DNA of 64,000 nucleotides from Balanoglossus misakiensis (lineage: Eukaryota; Animalia; Hemichordata), in the NCBI GenBank assembly GCA_040954595.2, contig CM082590.2, positions 8,805,764 through 8,869,763 of the forward strand. The letters run 5' to 3'. Below are positions 14,801 through 25,176 of the stretch, piece by piece (the stretch's first letter is position 1; the number at the start of each line of letters is the position of its first letter). The translations under genes and the position numbers were made by a program. The notes under the pieces are model-generated. The model did not search any database, had not been told where the DNA came from, and saw only the letters and a program-made list of their open reading frames with translations.

Positions 14801-17800
14801 ACTGTCATATGTGCTAAATTATTCACTGCATTAATTCTGCAATCAGAGCATATCCTAGTGTTGAAAAGATGTTAGTTAGTGAATTAGTATATAAATGTCA
14901 CTCAACATATAAACATACAAAATTAAAAACAAGCAGTGAGTTAATAGTGAATTGTAAAACAAATACAAAACCCTTATAACTGTGGTATAGAAGATGTTTG
15001 AATCAAAGTGGTTATGTACATGGTTTGCCAAACGATGAATATATCTAAGATGATTCCTGAATCATGAAGATATGACGGTGTTATGAGCAACTAAAACACA
15101 AGATGGTGAAAACATCGTGCAAACTGAAACTAAAACACAGCCAGTGAGTAGGTCAACAACAACAAAAACAATCAATTATTTTGTTCTGTAAACATATGTT
15201 GTAAAAAAATTATTTTAGAATACACACCTGAAACATAGAAATTTAGTTTTAGCAGAATGGGGTTGCATTTGAAACATAAGCATAACTTGTAACATGGAAA
15301 ATAAAGTTCCTCTTAGTGTGAAGATGAGCAAGTACATGATTATAAACAGCACAACATCCAAGCATGTAACAAACTGATAGTTAATAACAAAGTATCACCA
15401 TGCAAAACAATAGGGAGTAAAATTAATATTTTGTTGAATTCAACTGTTGATTGACATACACACTGTGTAGAAAACAAAGATGTTAGAACTTCATGATGTT
15501 GAGTTTGTTAGACTACAAAAAGCATGAAGAGAAGTGAGGATAGGTTACTATGGTAGTGATTGCCATGACAATGATGATGTGTGAAGATGGGGTGATGTTT
15601 TTGTTGCATTCAATACAGACCGTAGCGCGTTGTCTGGACCACTGTTTTTCCGCTGTTGTGAGCCCCTGTTGCTATGGTATCAGTTGACATGGTGACATGT
15701 GTGTCAGTGGCATCAACTGGTTTAGCTGATGTTGTAGAAATGGTTGTTATGGCAACTGGTGACTTTGTCGTATCAAGTGTTTTACTCAGCTGTGTGGCCT
15801 CGGAAAGAGAGTCGGCGTTTGTTTCTGTGGTTGCCATGGCGTCATCTTCGTCAATCTCATTGTCCTCATCTTTCTCTTCGGAATCTGTCACTGTTTCTGA
15901 TGTGGGGTCAATTCCTTCTGCTGTACTGGTGGCAGCATCAGCATTCTCTGCGGTCATCTCAAACGTTGTTGCTTCCATCGTCATGGCAGCAGTCCCTGCT
16001 GGCCTGCTGGGTTGAGGAGTGGCACCCCCTGGTTCCGGACTCCCCTCTGTCACAGCTGCAAGTGAAGGAAGGCTATGAGGTCTGGTCGTTTGCAACCTAC
16101 CAGGCAATGAGGTCGTCTCCACTACCTTACTGCTCTTGTATTCTGCAATATCAGATATTACAGTGGAGTGTGATTCATACGAAATTGTTGTGACTTCTTC
16201 TGAGTTACTCGAGACAGATTCACTTGCAGTTTGAGGTTGTGTTGTAAGTTGCATAGATACTGTGGTTTCAGTTTCAAGCAAACCATTAGTTGGCTGGTCG
16301 ACAGAACTTGATGTTACAGTGCGATGGACCGTCCGTTCCGATGACAGCGTTGTTACAATCGCATTACTGTCCTCATGCTCCTGGCTTGCGAAGTGCGATT
16401 GTGATGTTCGTTGCATTGTCTGTGGTGGTGATGTCGGGTCTACTATATTGTTGTTTACGTTGATAGGTGAACTAGTTCGTGGCGTTGATTTGTCCAGCTG
16501 CGATGTTGCCTCATCACCAATCTGGTCTGCTGGAGACACTGGAGTCTGATATGTTAATTCTTGTGCCGGGGTGTCTGTGCTGAGGTGTGGCTGGGTATTA
16601 GCGCCCTCAGTGGCCATAGTGCGGGGGATTAGATTACGTGCTGGTGTTGTCGCGGCAACCATGCTATTCTCTTCCCGGTCGGAGAAACCGGTGCGTTGTG
16701 CGGTGCGTTCGCCCTCCCGACCCTCTGGTGAAACTGCAGTGTGCGAATCGCGATGCAGTGATGGTGATGTTGTTCTCATTAGTCCGTCGTAACCATGCTG
16801 GGGCGAATCTCCTCGGTTATTCACGAGAATCGTGAGAATCTCGGGCAACCGAAACTCGCTACGTGGGGTAGGGATAATACTACCACTAGACAAACTACTA
16901 TGTGCATTTTGTGCGGATGATAATTTAACATCAGCTTCCTGAGTCGGTGTTATGGTTGCTGTAACTATACCTGGAAAGGGAGAATTTGGGAAAGACAGTT
17001 CTGTACTTGTGGCGTGTTGGCCACTGTTTCTTGTTCTGCTCTCAGCTCCTGTAGAGAGATGGAGAAAACACTGAAAAGTTAGATTTACTAAGTGCTGTAT
17101 GAATCACATACACATGGTTCTATTATATCCCTTCCACCCCCAGTTACCTCTTTACAGATCCAACCTTACCATAGAAAACAATGGGTTTGGACTGAACCAT
17201 GGTGGTGAAAGGGTGGAGATATTACATTCACCCTTGTCAGAGTGTGAACCCTCCCCCCCCCCTAAATATTCTGGCAAAGGGGGACATATCCCCCCACCCC
17301 CTGTTGATGTCATCCTGGATGGAACAATGATATCGATGGATCAGATTTTAATCAGATTATTTTCTCCAGACCCTGTTACCACACAGAAGACAATGCAATT
17401 CCACATTATAAGTACAATGTAAACATGTCCTTCAAAACCAGGCTTTAACCAGCTTGCTATGTCTATGTAACTTTATCCAGATTCAATCACTGTTCATAAA
17501 TAATTACCTTTCCAACAATGGTTTTTTTATTGAAACTTAATAGCCAGGAAATACCAATCTTTAATGAAACAATGTATGCATGATTACTTTCAATTGTTAT
17601 TAAGCCAATAAACACTAATAACGACCCTTTCATTGTATAGAACATGTTTTTTTTAATTGAATAACTCTTAAGTAGGTTGGTTTTATTCATGAAATGGTTT
17701 CACTTGAAAAATACAGACGAATGCAATGCATTCTGTTTTCCCGACCGTGTGTGGAGGAGACTGACTGATCTCATCACAAAAACGTCAACAGTTGACTACC

Positions 17801-18750
17801 CATTGTCAACAATACCTTTCGCAATTCTGCGTTGTGGGGAAACCACAGTGTTTCAATAAATTGTTGTCAGAATCCCACACGTTGTAATAAAGTCCCTACT
17901 TGTTATAAATGACTTCGACAATCCAACTGAACTGGTCACACTTAACTTTATTTACCATAAATCTATTTTGTGTACATTGCATTGTAGTAGCCTATTGTCA
18001 TGTCGGTAGTAATGTACACAAAACACTTAGAACGGAAGTCGATAAAGGGTTTACACTTCTAAACCGCATCGGTATTTTCTCAGAGGAAATCCCTTGCACG
18101 TTTGTTTACCTGCTGACATCTTTTAAGTCTAGTATTACCCATTCTCACAAGCCTGTCAGATTTTCAATATAAAATTAAAAGCGTCTCCAAAATTTGCGTA
18201 GACGCGCGCTGAAATGTACATATCAGCGCGTTTCAATATCGCGTCGTTGAAACTGACATGACTGACCCAATTTGAACTTGAAATAAACAAACACCGGCTA
18301 AAATATTAACAGCTAGAGCCCCTCTTGTCTGTATGTAAGCCCCCACTCCTTGACATACGACAAAAGAAAGATTTCCAGGTGCAAGTTGCGGGTCGCAGAC
18401 GCTCTAAGTATACTATAAACACATCTTTTTCACATGTTAATTTCTGTCGCGTGGCTAAGTTCCGCGCTAAACTCAAAACAGGGGTCAAGCACAACAATGT
18501 GTTTATGACCTAAGTGGGGATACCTGGAATCTTTAACCGTGTCCGAACACATATCACGGATGTAGTAGTATGTGTACAATTACCCAAATAAATGAAAAAT
18601 CACATAAAATGGAGAAAACTTACCTGGAAGTGATCGTGTTGAAATCTGGTCTTCCCCAACGCTGCTATCCCCTCGCCTGGAATTAGATGCGTCCACCGCC
18701 GTACCACACAAAACGGCAAAAATGACGCAGAAAAGCTGGAATTTCGGCAT
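666..18750 (-). CDS. Large type I transmembrane mucin-like protein (MUC4/SUSD2-like NIDO-AMOP-VWD core plus EGF repeats and a SEA domain), ~2002 aa, 32 coding exons
   Basis: Exons joined by eye with GT-AG boundaries: 18624-18750 (signal peptide [21 protein letters not shown]); 15621-17048 (S/T/P-rich stalk); EGF exons 14511-14618, 13978-14091, 13467-13592, 13233-13346, 12826-12948; NIDO 12550-12674, 11802-12143 (NGYISF...LAPFWSDID), 11603-11709, 11116-11222; AMOP 10391-10672 ([11 protein letters not shown]), 9524-9676; VWD and following 9312-9408 ([10 protein letters not shown]), 8844-9123, 8018-8207, 7294-7557, 6776-6928, 6106-6297; EGF 5547-5741, 5035-5157, 4569-4694; SEA 4109-4218, 3940-3998, 3354-3529 (GSVV); EGF 3024-3155, 2386-2517, 2131-2200, 1885-1940; TM 1586-1676 ([26 protein letters not shown]); tail 1091-1280, 666-782 (ends GTEYF*). 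Exon lengths sum to 6009 nt, a multiple of 3. Confidence 0.9.
1380..1483. repeat. (ATCC)n(ATAC)n microsatellite
   Basis: Directly visible. Confidence 0.95.
1992..2084. mobile_element. Family A: ~85-bp piggyBac-like MITE
   Basis: TTAA|CCCTT(T/C)CACC...GGTGAAAGGG|TTAA: TTAA target duplication and CCC/GGG termini. About 17 copies in the window. Confidence 0.8.
2228..2310. repeat. (AATG)n(AATC)n microsatellite
   Basis: Directly visible. Confidence 0.9.
2640..3010. repeat. Compound microsatellite (TCTG/TC/TATC/ATTC/GTTC/ATCC)
   Basis: Directly visible; source of the spurious ORFs 2578-3153 and 2630-3172. Confidence 0.95.
3239..3328. mobile_element. Family A piggyBac-like MITE (diverged)
   Basis: Core ccatggtttggtctaaatccattg...gttggacctct...gaactgggggtgaaaggg. 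Confidence 0.75.
3577..3820. mobile_element. Family D MITE (internal deletion)
   Basis: ttaaagggacaaaatctc...gagactttgtccctttaa. Confidence 0.75.
5263..5437. mobile_element. Family C: ~175-bp Tc1/mariner/pogo-like MITE
   Basis: TA|CAGT(C/A)AAACCTGTCTAAAC...GTTTAGACAGGTTTTACTG|TA; internal ccgaacacatttt...tgacatagaaccacatg. Confidence 0.8.
7623..7795. mobile_element. Family C MITE
   Basis: tacagtaaaacctgtctaaacc...ggtttagacaagattttactgta. Confidence 0.8.
7797..7961. mobile_element. Family B: ~165-bp Tc1/mariner/pogo-like MITE
   Basis: Family consensus TA|CAGTCAAACCTGT...ACAGGTTTGACTG|TA with internal agtggccagtcaagggactttcctaaactggcc; directly follows a family C copy. Confidence 0.75.
8259..8351. 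mobile_element. Family A piggyBac-like MITE
   Basis: Intact TTAA-CCCTTTCACC...GGTGAAAGGG-TTAA. Confidence 0.85.
8403..8767. mobile_element. TTAA-flanked Kolobok-like element with an internal ~131-bp tandem duplication
   Basis: Left end ttaaagtgaaggcgtcgtcgcgccgcgt matches the reverse complement of the right end acgcggcgcgacgaccgcttccctttaa; 8507-8635 is repeated at 8638-8766. Confidence 0.65.
9740..10087. mobile_element. Family E: ~350-bp TA-flanked MITE
   Basis: Near-identical to 44042-44403; ~60-bp inverted termini. Confidence 0.75.
10702..10947. repeat. Tandem duplication of a 121-bp unit starting TTAACCCT
   Basis: ttaaccctaacgctgccaagtcagtatgaactgg... at 10702 and 10823, with TTAA at every junction. 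Confidence 0.8.
11249..11335. mobile_element. Family A piggyBac-like MITE
   Basis: Same core and terminal inverted repeats, slightly decayed. Confidence 0.75.
12241..12472. repeat. ~69-bp AC-rich minisatellite, about 3.3 copies
   Basis: aaacaatacacacacatgcacacacacttacaaataaacaaacaagaaaacaaacaaaccaaaacaagc repeated. Confidence 0.85.
13673..13760. mobile_element. Family A piggyBac-like MITE (decayed)
   Basis: gaggtccaactttaccata...tttggaccaaaccatggtggt core. Confidence 0.65.
13814..13970. mobile_element. Family B MITE (opposite orientation)
   Basis: Reverse complement of the family B core. Confidence 0.75.
14249..14474. mobile_element. Family D MITE (deleted/truncated)
   Basis: ttaaagggacaaagtctctctctcgc...atgtggatatatagtgaatcaacg core. 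Confidence 0.7.
17127..17213. mobile_element. Family A piggyBac-like MITE
   Basis: cccttccacccccagtt...ggactgaaccatggtggtgaaaggg. Confidence 0.75.
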
Positions 18751-19365
18751 CCTTACCGATTTTGGGAGGTAGCCACGGTATTGAAATATCCCTCCAGTCA
18801 ACAATGGAAGACAGCTGGGGTACAGTCTAAGATATTAAGAGGGGAACGCCCAAATGTTTTCGCTCCCGTCTGTACATCATTGAAATCTCCCTTAGTAAAT
18901 TTCACAGAATTGTCACTTTCACCAATAGAGGGCGTTTCCCAGATGCTATTTTTAAAACTTTCATTATTAATTTTCCGCATGATAAACTAGATTTAAATAG
19001 ATTAAAACCAGCCCGGGCTCACACAAGAACTAAAGCTAAACAAAGCTGAGTATTTCTGTAATTGAATTTAAGGTTCATTTAATGTTTAAGTCGATTGAAA
19101 CAACGCGTAGAATGTCATCAAAGGCGTCTTGCTATCCGTCCGACAGTCCTTGAGAAACGCACGATTCATTTACTCTGAACAGAACGAACTTTTGGCAACG
19201 TTATCTTAACATTCACGTTGTTCTAAAAGCAGATCCTAATGTAGACTTTAAGGAGTTGATAAAACACCTTGCAAAAATATTCTCTCTTAATCATGACGTC
19301 ACCTGCTTGGGTTAACCAAGGACACGAAAAGGTCGCGACCTTTTGTGAGGGCGTTGTGGTCCAAT
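18751..19365. promoter_or_regulatory. Probable bidirectional promoter between the mucin and JmjC genes
   Basis: Two divergent start codons only 615 bp apart, with no MITE of the families seen elsewhere in the interval. TSSs are not observed. Confidence 0.55.
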
Positions 19366-22241
19366 ATGGCACCGTACATGTGTGTCCATATGTTTAGTTT
19401 GTTGTTATTGCTAATATTATTAAATTGCGAGTGTTTGCAACATCTGTCGCCGTCAGATATATTCCTGAAAGTGCAAAACAGCTGTGTTTTTGCCGCGACG
19501 TCTGCAGCAGACGACAAGATCGCGGAAATTCTCGATGATCTCGCTGTCATCTTTGAAGATGATGAACGTGTCATCATAGGTGCGTTGTCTGATGACCTGG
19601 CTTCGTTTAACTGGATCGAAGGAAATGTCGACCAGCCCCTGAAGTGGTCCATACCCACGGAGAGACAAGAAATAGCCTTCTTTCTCCGGGAGAAAAGAGA
19701 CCGAACTTGTCTGATCCGAGCGCCAAGTATGTTCCCAAAAGCCGAGCCCTACGACGGCCCAATATCTCTCGACATGATGCTGGAATTTGTTAATACAAAA
19801 TGTGGCACGTATAGAAATCATAAAGGGGGTATTTCAATCGCTGGAATTCACCGAGAGTACATACTGAGTAATCTCTTTCGTGTTTCTGACATCAGTAATT
19901 GTACTTCAAGGATGGTATTTAAGGAGAAATCTCAGGGATGTGAAAAGCAAATTGGAAGCGTGTGTAATAAACATGATGAGGATGAAAATGATGATGCTCC
20001 GCCCGCATCCAGGTATCTAGGCGAAGGGACGCGGATCCCAGAATGCGAGAGGGTTACCATGCCAACGAAAGACGGCTTTTTCCACGACTTTTTAAAGCGC
20101 TCCAAGCCCGTCATCATCACGGACGCCATGCGGAATTGGAAAGCGATTCGGAAATGGACAAATGAATTTCTGAGACAAGAGTACGGACACAAAGAAATCC
20201 ACATCAAGCTTGCTCCGTACGGTGAATTCGAAGGATGCGAACCATCGCGGATCTGGGAAGATTCGAGAGCGTTCAAGATTCCGCAAAAAGTCCGGGACCA
20301 GCTACCCTTTCCTGACTTAGTAGTCGTGCGACCAGCGACTATGAATTTAAAATTCTCAGACTTTCTCGACATGGTTGAGAATGCTACGCTTAAAAAGAAT
20401 AATATTTCTGCTTATCTTGAGTATTCATCAATTCCCGAGTATATGCCCGACCTCGAGCAAGACATCGAAGATTTTCCGTTTGTGAAAGAAATGTTGATTC
20501 GGAAACATTTGAATATATGGATTAGTGATGGAAACACTTTGGGAAAACTTCACTTTGATCCGTTTGATAATTTCCTTTGCATGGTAAGGAAGATGGAACA
20601 GACTGTTACACAGACAATGATGTTTGGCAGGAGATATAATTAATCCAAGGAAGTTCTTTGCAACCAGAAATTAGGAATTTACTCCTGGAAAGTCATGGGT
20701 TGGATTTGGATGGTGGTTCGATTTATAATTAATTGATTTTAGATATGTTCATTTCATGCAAATTGAATGAAATCTGATGCTTGGGTATAGCGCCCTCAAG
20801 GAAGAGTATTTGCACACTTGAACTGTGAGGGCATTGTTTCACACCTGCAATTCTAGTATTTTACATTATTTTCTATTATTTTCTTGAATTGGCTTTTTGC
20901 TGATGACCCTGCTCCCACAAATTGACCCGTTCATCACAATGGTTTGGTCCAACCCCATTGTTTTCCATTGCACAGTTGGACCTCTATACAGCAAACTGGG
21001 GGTGAAACACTATTAAACACTCACTTATTTCTCTCTGACAGATCAGTGGAAAGAAACAACTGATCATTTTCGAACCACATGAAAACGACAAACTGTACGA
21101 GGCCCACATTCCGGAAGCAATACTGGATTATCATCCGGGGACCGGGAAATTCCGGCGCAAGAGACTCCTGGACAGCACTTCCATGGTCATGTCTCCGGTC
21201 GATATACTGAATCCAGATTTTACGGTAAAGGATATATTCCATCCTTATGGATTATGTCTCCACCAGAATTTGTATAGGAAATTATTTTATATAATTATGA
21301 GGGAGCCTGGTAGACTCTTTAATCTACCAGGACACCCAAAATAAAAATATCTAAAATACAGCAAAACCTGTCTAAACCGAACCCTGTCTAATCTGGAAAC
21401 CTGTCTACACCGAACACATTTTCCTGTCCCTTTGACATAGAACCACATGTTAGAAGAACCTCTATAAACCAGACATCTCTGCAAACTGGACAATTTCTTC
21501 AGCCTTGTGTTCGTATTAGACAGGTTTTTCTGTGCATTAACCACGCAAATTAAAACACAAGCACAAATCTTTTTAACATTGTGAGAATTCTTTTCGTCTT
21601 TCCTACAGAGGTTCCCGGAATTCTCAAAGACTTATCCGATGAACTGTACGATATCCGAGGGGGAGGTGTTATTTATGCCGGCATTCTGGTGGCATGAGGT
21701 CCAGTCGTTTCCAAGTCCGACAGAGAACAGGAATGTGGCAATTAATTTCTGGTGAGTTCAACTAAAAAAAGCAGTGTGCAGTGAATCTGCCCAACACTCA
21801 GATACGTTCCACAGAGATCCAGTTCTTTCAAGAGTGCTTCGTGAGTATTGTGGGTTTAACCCTTTCACCCCCAGTTCCCTCTTTAGAGGTCCAACCTTAC
21901 CATAGACAACCATTGGTTTGGACTGAACCATGGTGGTCAAAGGGTTAAAACAGAATTGGTTTTGGTTGGATGGTGACAATGTTTGTGCCAACACCAACTC
22001 TCTATCAATTTACCCCTTAACCCTTCCACCCCCAGTTCCCTCTTTAGAGGTCCAACCTTACCATAGAAAACAATGCATTTGGACTTAACCATAGTGGTGA
22101 AAAGGGTTAACTTTTGGAAATAAATATGTCTTTACTCATACATTCTTATTTTCTTCCAGGTATGACCCGTTCCTGACCAAAGACTTCCCGTGCCCCGAAT
22201 GCACTTTAGACGTCAACCCCAACTATTCGTATCTCCTGTAA
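19366..22241 (+). CDS. JmjC (Cupin_8; JMJD5/JMJD7/FIH/TYW5-like) 2-oxoglutarate/Fe(II) oxygenase with predicted signal peptide and thioredoxin/PDI-like N-terminal domain, ~541 aa
   Basis: Exons 19366-20583, 21042-21224, 21609-21751, 22160-22241, GT-AG with consistent phases. Motifs: KPVIITDAMRNWKAIRKWT, NIWISDGNTLGKLHFDPFDNFLCMISGKKQLIIF (HxD), EGEVLFMPAFWWHEVQS (distal His), NVAINFWY. Hydrophobic N-terminus FSLLLLLILLNCEC. AATAAA at ~22573. Confidence 0.92.
20925..21006. mobile_element. Family A piggyBac-like MITE (decayed)
   Basis: atggtttggtccaaccccattgtttt...gttggacctctatacag...ctgggggtgaaa. Confidence 0.65.
21357..21534. mobile_element. Family C MITE
   Basis: Same core, in JmjC intron 2. 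Confidence 0.75.
21856..22110. mobile_element. Two adjacent family A MITEs (21856-21948, 22017-22110) in JmjC intron 3
   Basis: Both have TTAA at each end and intact terminal inverted repeats. Confidence 0.85.
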
Positions 22242-22700
22242 AGCTGATGGAACAGCTAGACATTCCATCAATTGCTCGACCCCTCCCCTTAGGATAGTAA
22301 TACATTAGTTATCCCTTTCAAGTGAAAAAAACACTAAAAAATTGTACTTCACAAAGACATGTGAACTTTTAACGTATTCATAAAGTTAATCTAGCAATAT
22401 TGTTTCTTAGAAATATCGTTTTATTTTTATTTTTATTTTTGAAAGTACAGTGGCTGTAACTTTTGAGAATATTATCTCTGTTTCATTCGAATAACAGTTT
22501 CTTGTTGACATGCTTTAAGCTTGTAGTCTCATTACACAAGGCTAGACCAATAGGCCAAAGCCTTGTGCTTGCAATAAAGTAATTTGACACAGAAATTATA
22601 CATGTATTCCTGTTTTTATTTTTATTTTTCACAAATTATTACTCAGTCAAGTATTACTGCTTAACAACACATTAAACTATTCCAGTCTCATTCACTTATC

Positions 22701-22795
22701 CACCCTTTCACCACCATGGTTTGGTCCAAATCCATTGTTTGCTATGATAAAGTTGGACCACTACAGAAGAACATAGGGGTGACTGAAAGGGTTAA
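22701..22795. mobile_element. Family A piggyBac-like MITE
   Basis: cccttttcaccaccatggtttggtccaaatcc...gaaagggttaa. Confidence 0.75.
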
Positions 22796-23559
22796 AGTCA
22801 GATATGGAATTTCAACAATCACTCTGATTAAAAATTACATTTGGATTTTGTTTTATGGAAATTTACCAACTTATATATATAACTAGAACAAAGTGGAACT
22901 TATGCTATTTATCATACCAATTTTCTGTTTTGTGGCAAATACGACCAACCCACAATATTAGGTCTATATTTGGCTAAACGATGGATAATTCTGTGTCATT
23001 ACATGTGTCGAAACAAGTCACTTATTTAAGGCATAAATGGTCTTGTACAAAGTAAATGTTAATAACGCAATTATTGGAACTATTTTAAGATAATTTGATC
23101 GGGTAAAGTGAGTGAAAATCACAGAAAAGTGTATACACTACACACTCTATATTTATTTTGTTTAAACAAACAATGGCACAATATTTCTTCTCAACTATGA
23201 CAAATGTTGCCCGTTTCTCATGTATTTAATTTGTGTCCAATTATTTGGAAAATTGCTTAAATTTATGCATATCAGCAATTGTTGATAGCTGTTTGAATCA
23301 TGTCATAACTTGAATAAAATAAGACCCTTCATCGTGTGTTGAAATAAATCTCTGAAACGACAAATCCGATATTTTCTTGCGATGAATAAATCAATGTACA
23401 ACACGCTGGCCAATGATCACACTATATTTCTGTCACATGTTTCGATGCAAATGCTATGAATACATTATAAGTTTATATCAGCGCAACCGTGTACATAAGT
23501 CTTTAATACTGTATACCAGCCAAGCACCAACTGGTATCAAAGCAGGAAAAACTGATGAA

Positions 23560-24638
23560 ATGGATTTTCGTTTGACTGCGTTTCTCCTCGTAGCATTCTT
23601 TGCAGGTAAGACATATGTTTGTGAACTAAAGCTACTGAAATTCAGGTAGCAGCTCGAATATATGAATAAACAGTATGCTACAGAAAAAAGTTACAGAAAC
23701 CACGGTCTTGGTAATTTCCTCTAGGTTCGACGTTTTCCACCGACTGGGAATGTTCGCAGATGGATGCTGGCATTGCTATGAATGGCAGTCTCGTTCTGCA
23801 AGAATGGATGAACAAGACCGAGGACTGCTGCCAATTATGCCACAACGACACCATGTGCGAGTTCTGGCGACACAATCAGGAAACTGGCCAGTGCTCGCTG
23901 ATGCAACACCCTTCCCTCCATGAGCTGTGCGACTGCTCCGTGTCAGGGCAAGTACGAACAAGTGAGTATTAAAGCATAGGAGTTGTTTGTTCATTTCTGT
24001 TGTAGTGTGCATTAAAGGGACAAATTAATTATGTTTGATACAAGACACTGTTTATGTTATTCTACATGTGGATATATAGTGAATCAACGTTTGACCACAC
24101 ACAACTTCCATCCCGTTTGTAGGATATGAGAGTAAAAATCTCGCCACAATGAATAAATGGTAAACAACGATTATTCATTTTGGCAAGCTTTTTCACTCTC
24201 GTGTCTACAAGTTGGATGGAAGTTGTGTGTGGTCGAACGTTGATTCACTATATATCCACATGAAGAATAACATAAAGGGTGTCTTGTATCAAACATAATT
24301 AATGGGAAAAGGGCAGCGAGAGAGAGACTTTGTCCCTTTAAGGCCAGTTTAGGAAAGTCCCTTGACTGGCCATTATAGATTCAACTGTATTTACACCCCC
24401 CCCCCTTCCCCCAACAGGATCTTGTAATTATCTGTATCAGAAACGTGTGTTCGGTTTGATGCTGAACATCAAGGCCAAGGTGAAGACTGCAGATGATTGC
24501 TGTCAATGGTGTATGAGAACTAGGAGATGTACACACTGGGTTTATGATGAGTACTACAAACATTGCAGGATTTTATTCACCAAAGATTACATGGTGGATG
24601 ACCATACATTCACCTCTGGAGAGATTTTTATCATGTGA
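23560..24638 (+). CDS. Small secreted cysteine-rich protein with two PAN/apple-like domains, ~167 aa
   Basis: Exons 23560-23605 (MDFRLTAFLLVAFFAG, signal peptide), 23725-23961, 24418-24638; 504 nt in total. Two repeats of T-x-x-D-C-C-x-x-C-x(4)-C-x-x-W-x(7)-C (TEDCCQLCHNDTMCEFWRHNQETGQC; TADDCCQWCMRTRRCTHWVYDEYYKHC), each followed by SG, as in PAN_4/apple domains. Confidence 0.8.
24012..24341. mobile_element. Family D palindromic MITE in PAN-gene intron 2
   Basis: ttaaagggacaaa...tttgtccctttaa with long inverted arms. Confidence 0.8.
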
Positions 24639-25176
24639 CTTGAAAGAGGTACGTACTGGTATGTTGTATTAAAGGGGCAGATACATCACGCACAACTGCT
24701 CTTTTTGTTTCTCTATGAACAGGGTCATGATCAATGGGCCTTTAAACATTTCAATGCCATAGTCAACTTGTCATCGTGGTATTATATGAGCTGTTCTAAC
24801 AACTGGCGTCAATATTTCAACTCCAAATAGGAATATCCCAGTCTAAGATGTAACTATCTTATATTTTCCAGTGTAAAGACAAGTAATTCATCGCCAAATG
24901 TAACCTCCGCCCATAACAACAACTATGATGGAACCAAACCAGATGGAACAAGTCAGATACAAATTACACTCAGCTCTATTTGCATGTTTTGCCTGTAACA
25001 GTTGTGAATTAAAATGGTGAAATGCACTTAGCGCTTTTGATGTTGATTCTTGGACTCTCAATGCGACTTCATGGTATGTCTGTATGTCTGTCTGTCTGTA
25101 TGTATGTATGTATGTATGTATGTATGTATGTATGCAAAATCTCGCATAACCTCGTATAGAGTGGTAAATCATCTAT

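Noticed and set aside
15674-16835. Plus-strand ORFs inside the large mucin exon
   Set aside because: Antisense shadows of a Thr/Ser-rich coding exon, with no recognisable motifs.
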